Below are positions 63,401-64,000 of a stretch of 64,000 nucleotides of DNA, one piece after another. Numbering within the stretch: the stretch's first letter is position 1; each line of letters begins with the position of its first letter. The notes under the pieces are model-generated. The model did no database searches. It was given only the letters and a program-made list of their open reading frames with translations, and was not told the DNA's origin. The position numbers were made by a program, and so were the translations under genes. The DNA is taken from positions 1,052,729-1,116,728 of the forward strand of contig WELB01000009.1 in the NCBI GenBank assembly GCA_009602725.1, read 5' to 3'. This DNA is from Spirogloea muscicola. Taxonomy: Eukaryota.

Positions 63401-64000
63401 CCATACACTTCACTGTTCCGTCGACCAGGCCACCCAGGCCGTTCAAGAAGAAAGGGCTCGCCAATTGAGGAGAGGGGCCGGACAAGCCAGCCCAAAAGAA
63501 TGAACAAAGTACGAGCTGGTCGTCCTTTGTGCATGATGAACGGAACCAGGTCATTGACTTGACCGCATGCAAATAAAGCACGCCCTCAAGTCTTCGAATG
63601 TCAGTCGATGACAGTGCACTGACAGAGGCAATACAACAGAAGAGTACACAGTGTGCAATATGCACATTCGATTCGCCAGGCTCAGAGCCAAATCAGGAAA
63701 CGACAATGGAAAAAATGGAATAGCTGCCTTGGACCAATCTCAGTACCAGAAAGCGAGTTGTTCCAGAGGGAAGTGACAGTGGCAATATTTACGAGTTGGT
63801 CACTTTGCGCACCCTCTTGAAAGCAGGTCAAATGTGTGGTCTATGTAGTGGGGGAGGCACAAATGCAATGACAGATCGCCCTTGAGTTGCCAAATGAGAG
63901 CCATTTGATGAGGCCCACTGACTCAACTTCTTTGTTTGTACTCCCAGCATCACATCTGTGCCATCAGAGCAAGGTCATTGTCATTGTCACGAGAGTGGAA

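Overview
This is eukaryotic nuclear DNA from an intron-rich draft assembly with N-gaps. The gene set is plant-type (TDP1-beta, DUF760, At4g01210-type glycosyltransferase, plant-like BUG22), GC content is high and there are TTTAGGG-like tracts, so I infer a streptophyte green alga; the species cannot be fixed from sequence alone. Positions 1-52.5 kb hold 12 tightly packed spliced genes: a family-1 glycosyltransferase (3' part), a SAM methyltransferase, FolD, FANCL, CFAP20/BUG22, EMC4, SPT6, RPB2, a DUF760 protein, an unusual >1000-aa Gly/Ser/Tyr/Gln repeat protein ending in a sterile alpha motif (SAM) domain, TDP1-beta and RPL10. From 53.7 kb the window is transposon-rich. It has a decayed gag-protease retroelement carrying a cytosine-5 DNA methyltransferase, an intronless nuclease-fold ORF of fungal-looking type, and CRE-like non-LTR retrotransposon copies; 3'-end fragments of the same family also lie in tandem at 4.4-5.4 kb. 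At least 8 introns need GC donors. All family calls come from motif recognition by eye, no database searches were run, and exon boundaries were read by hand.
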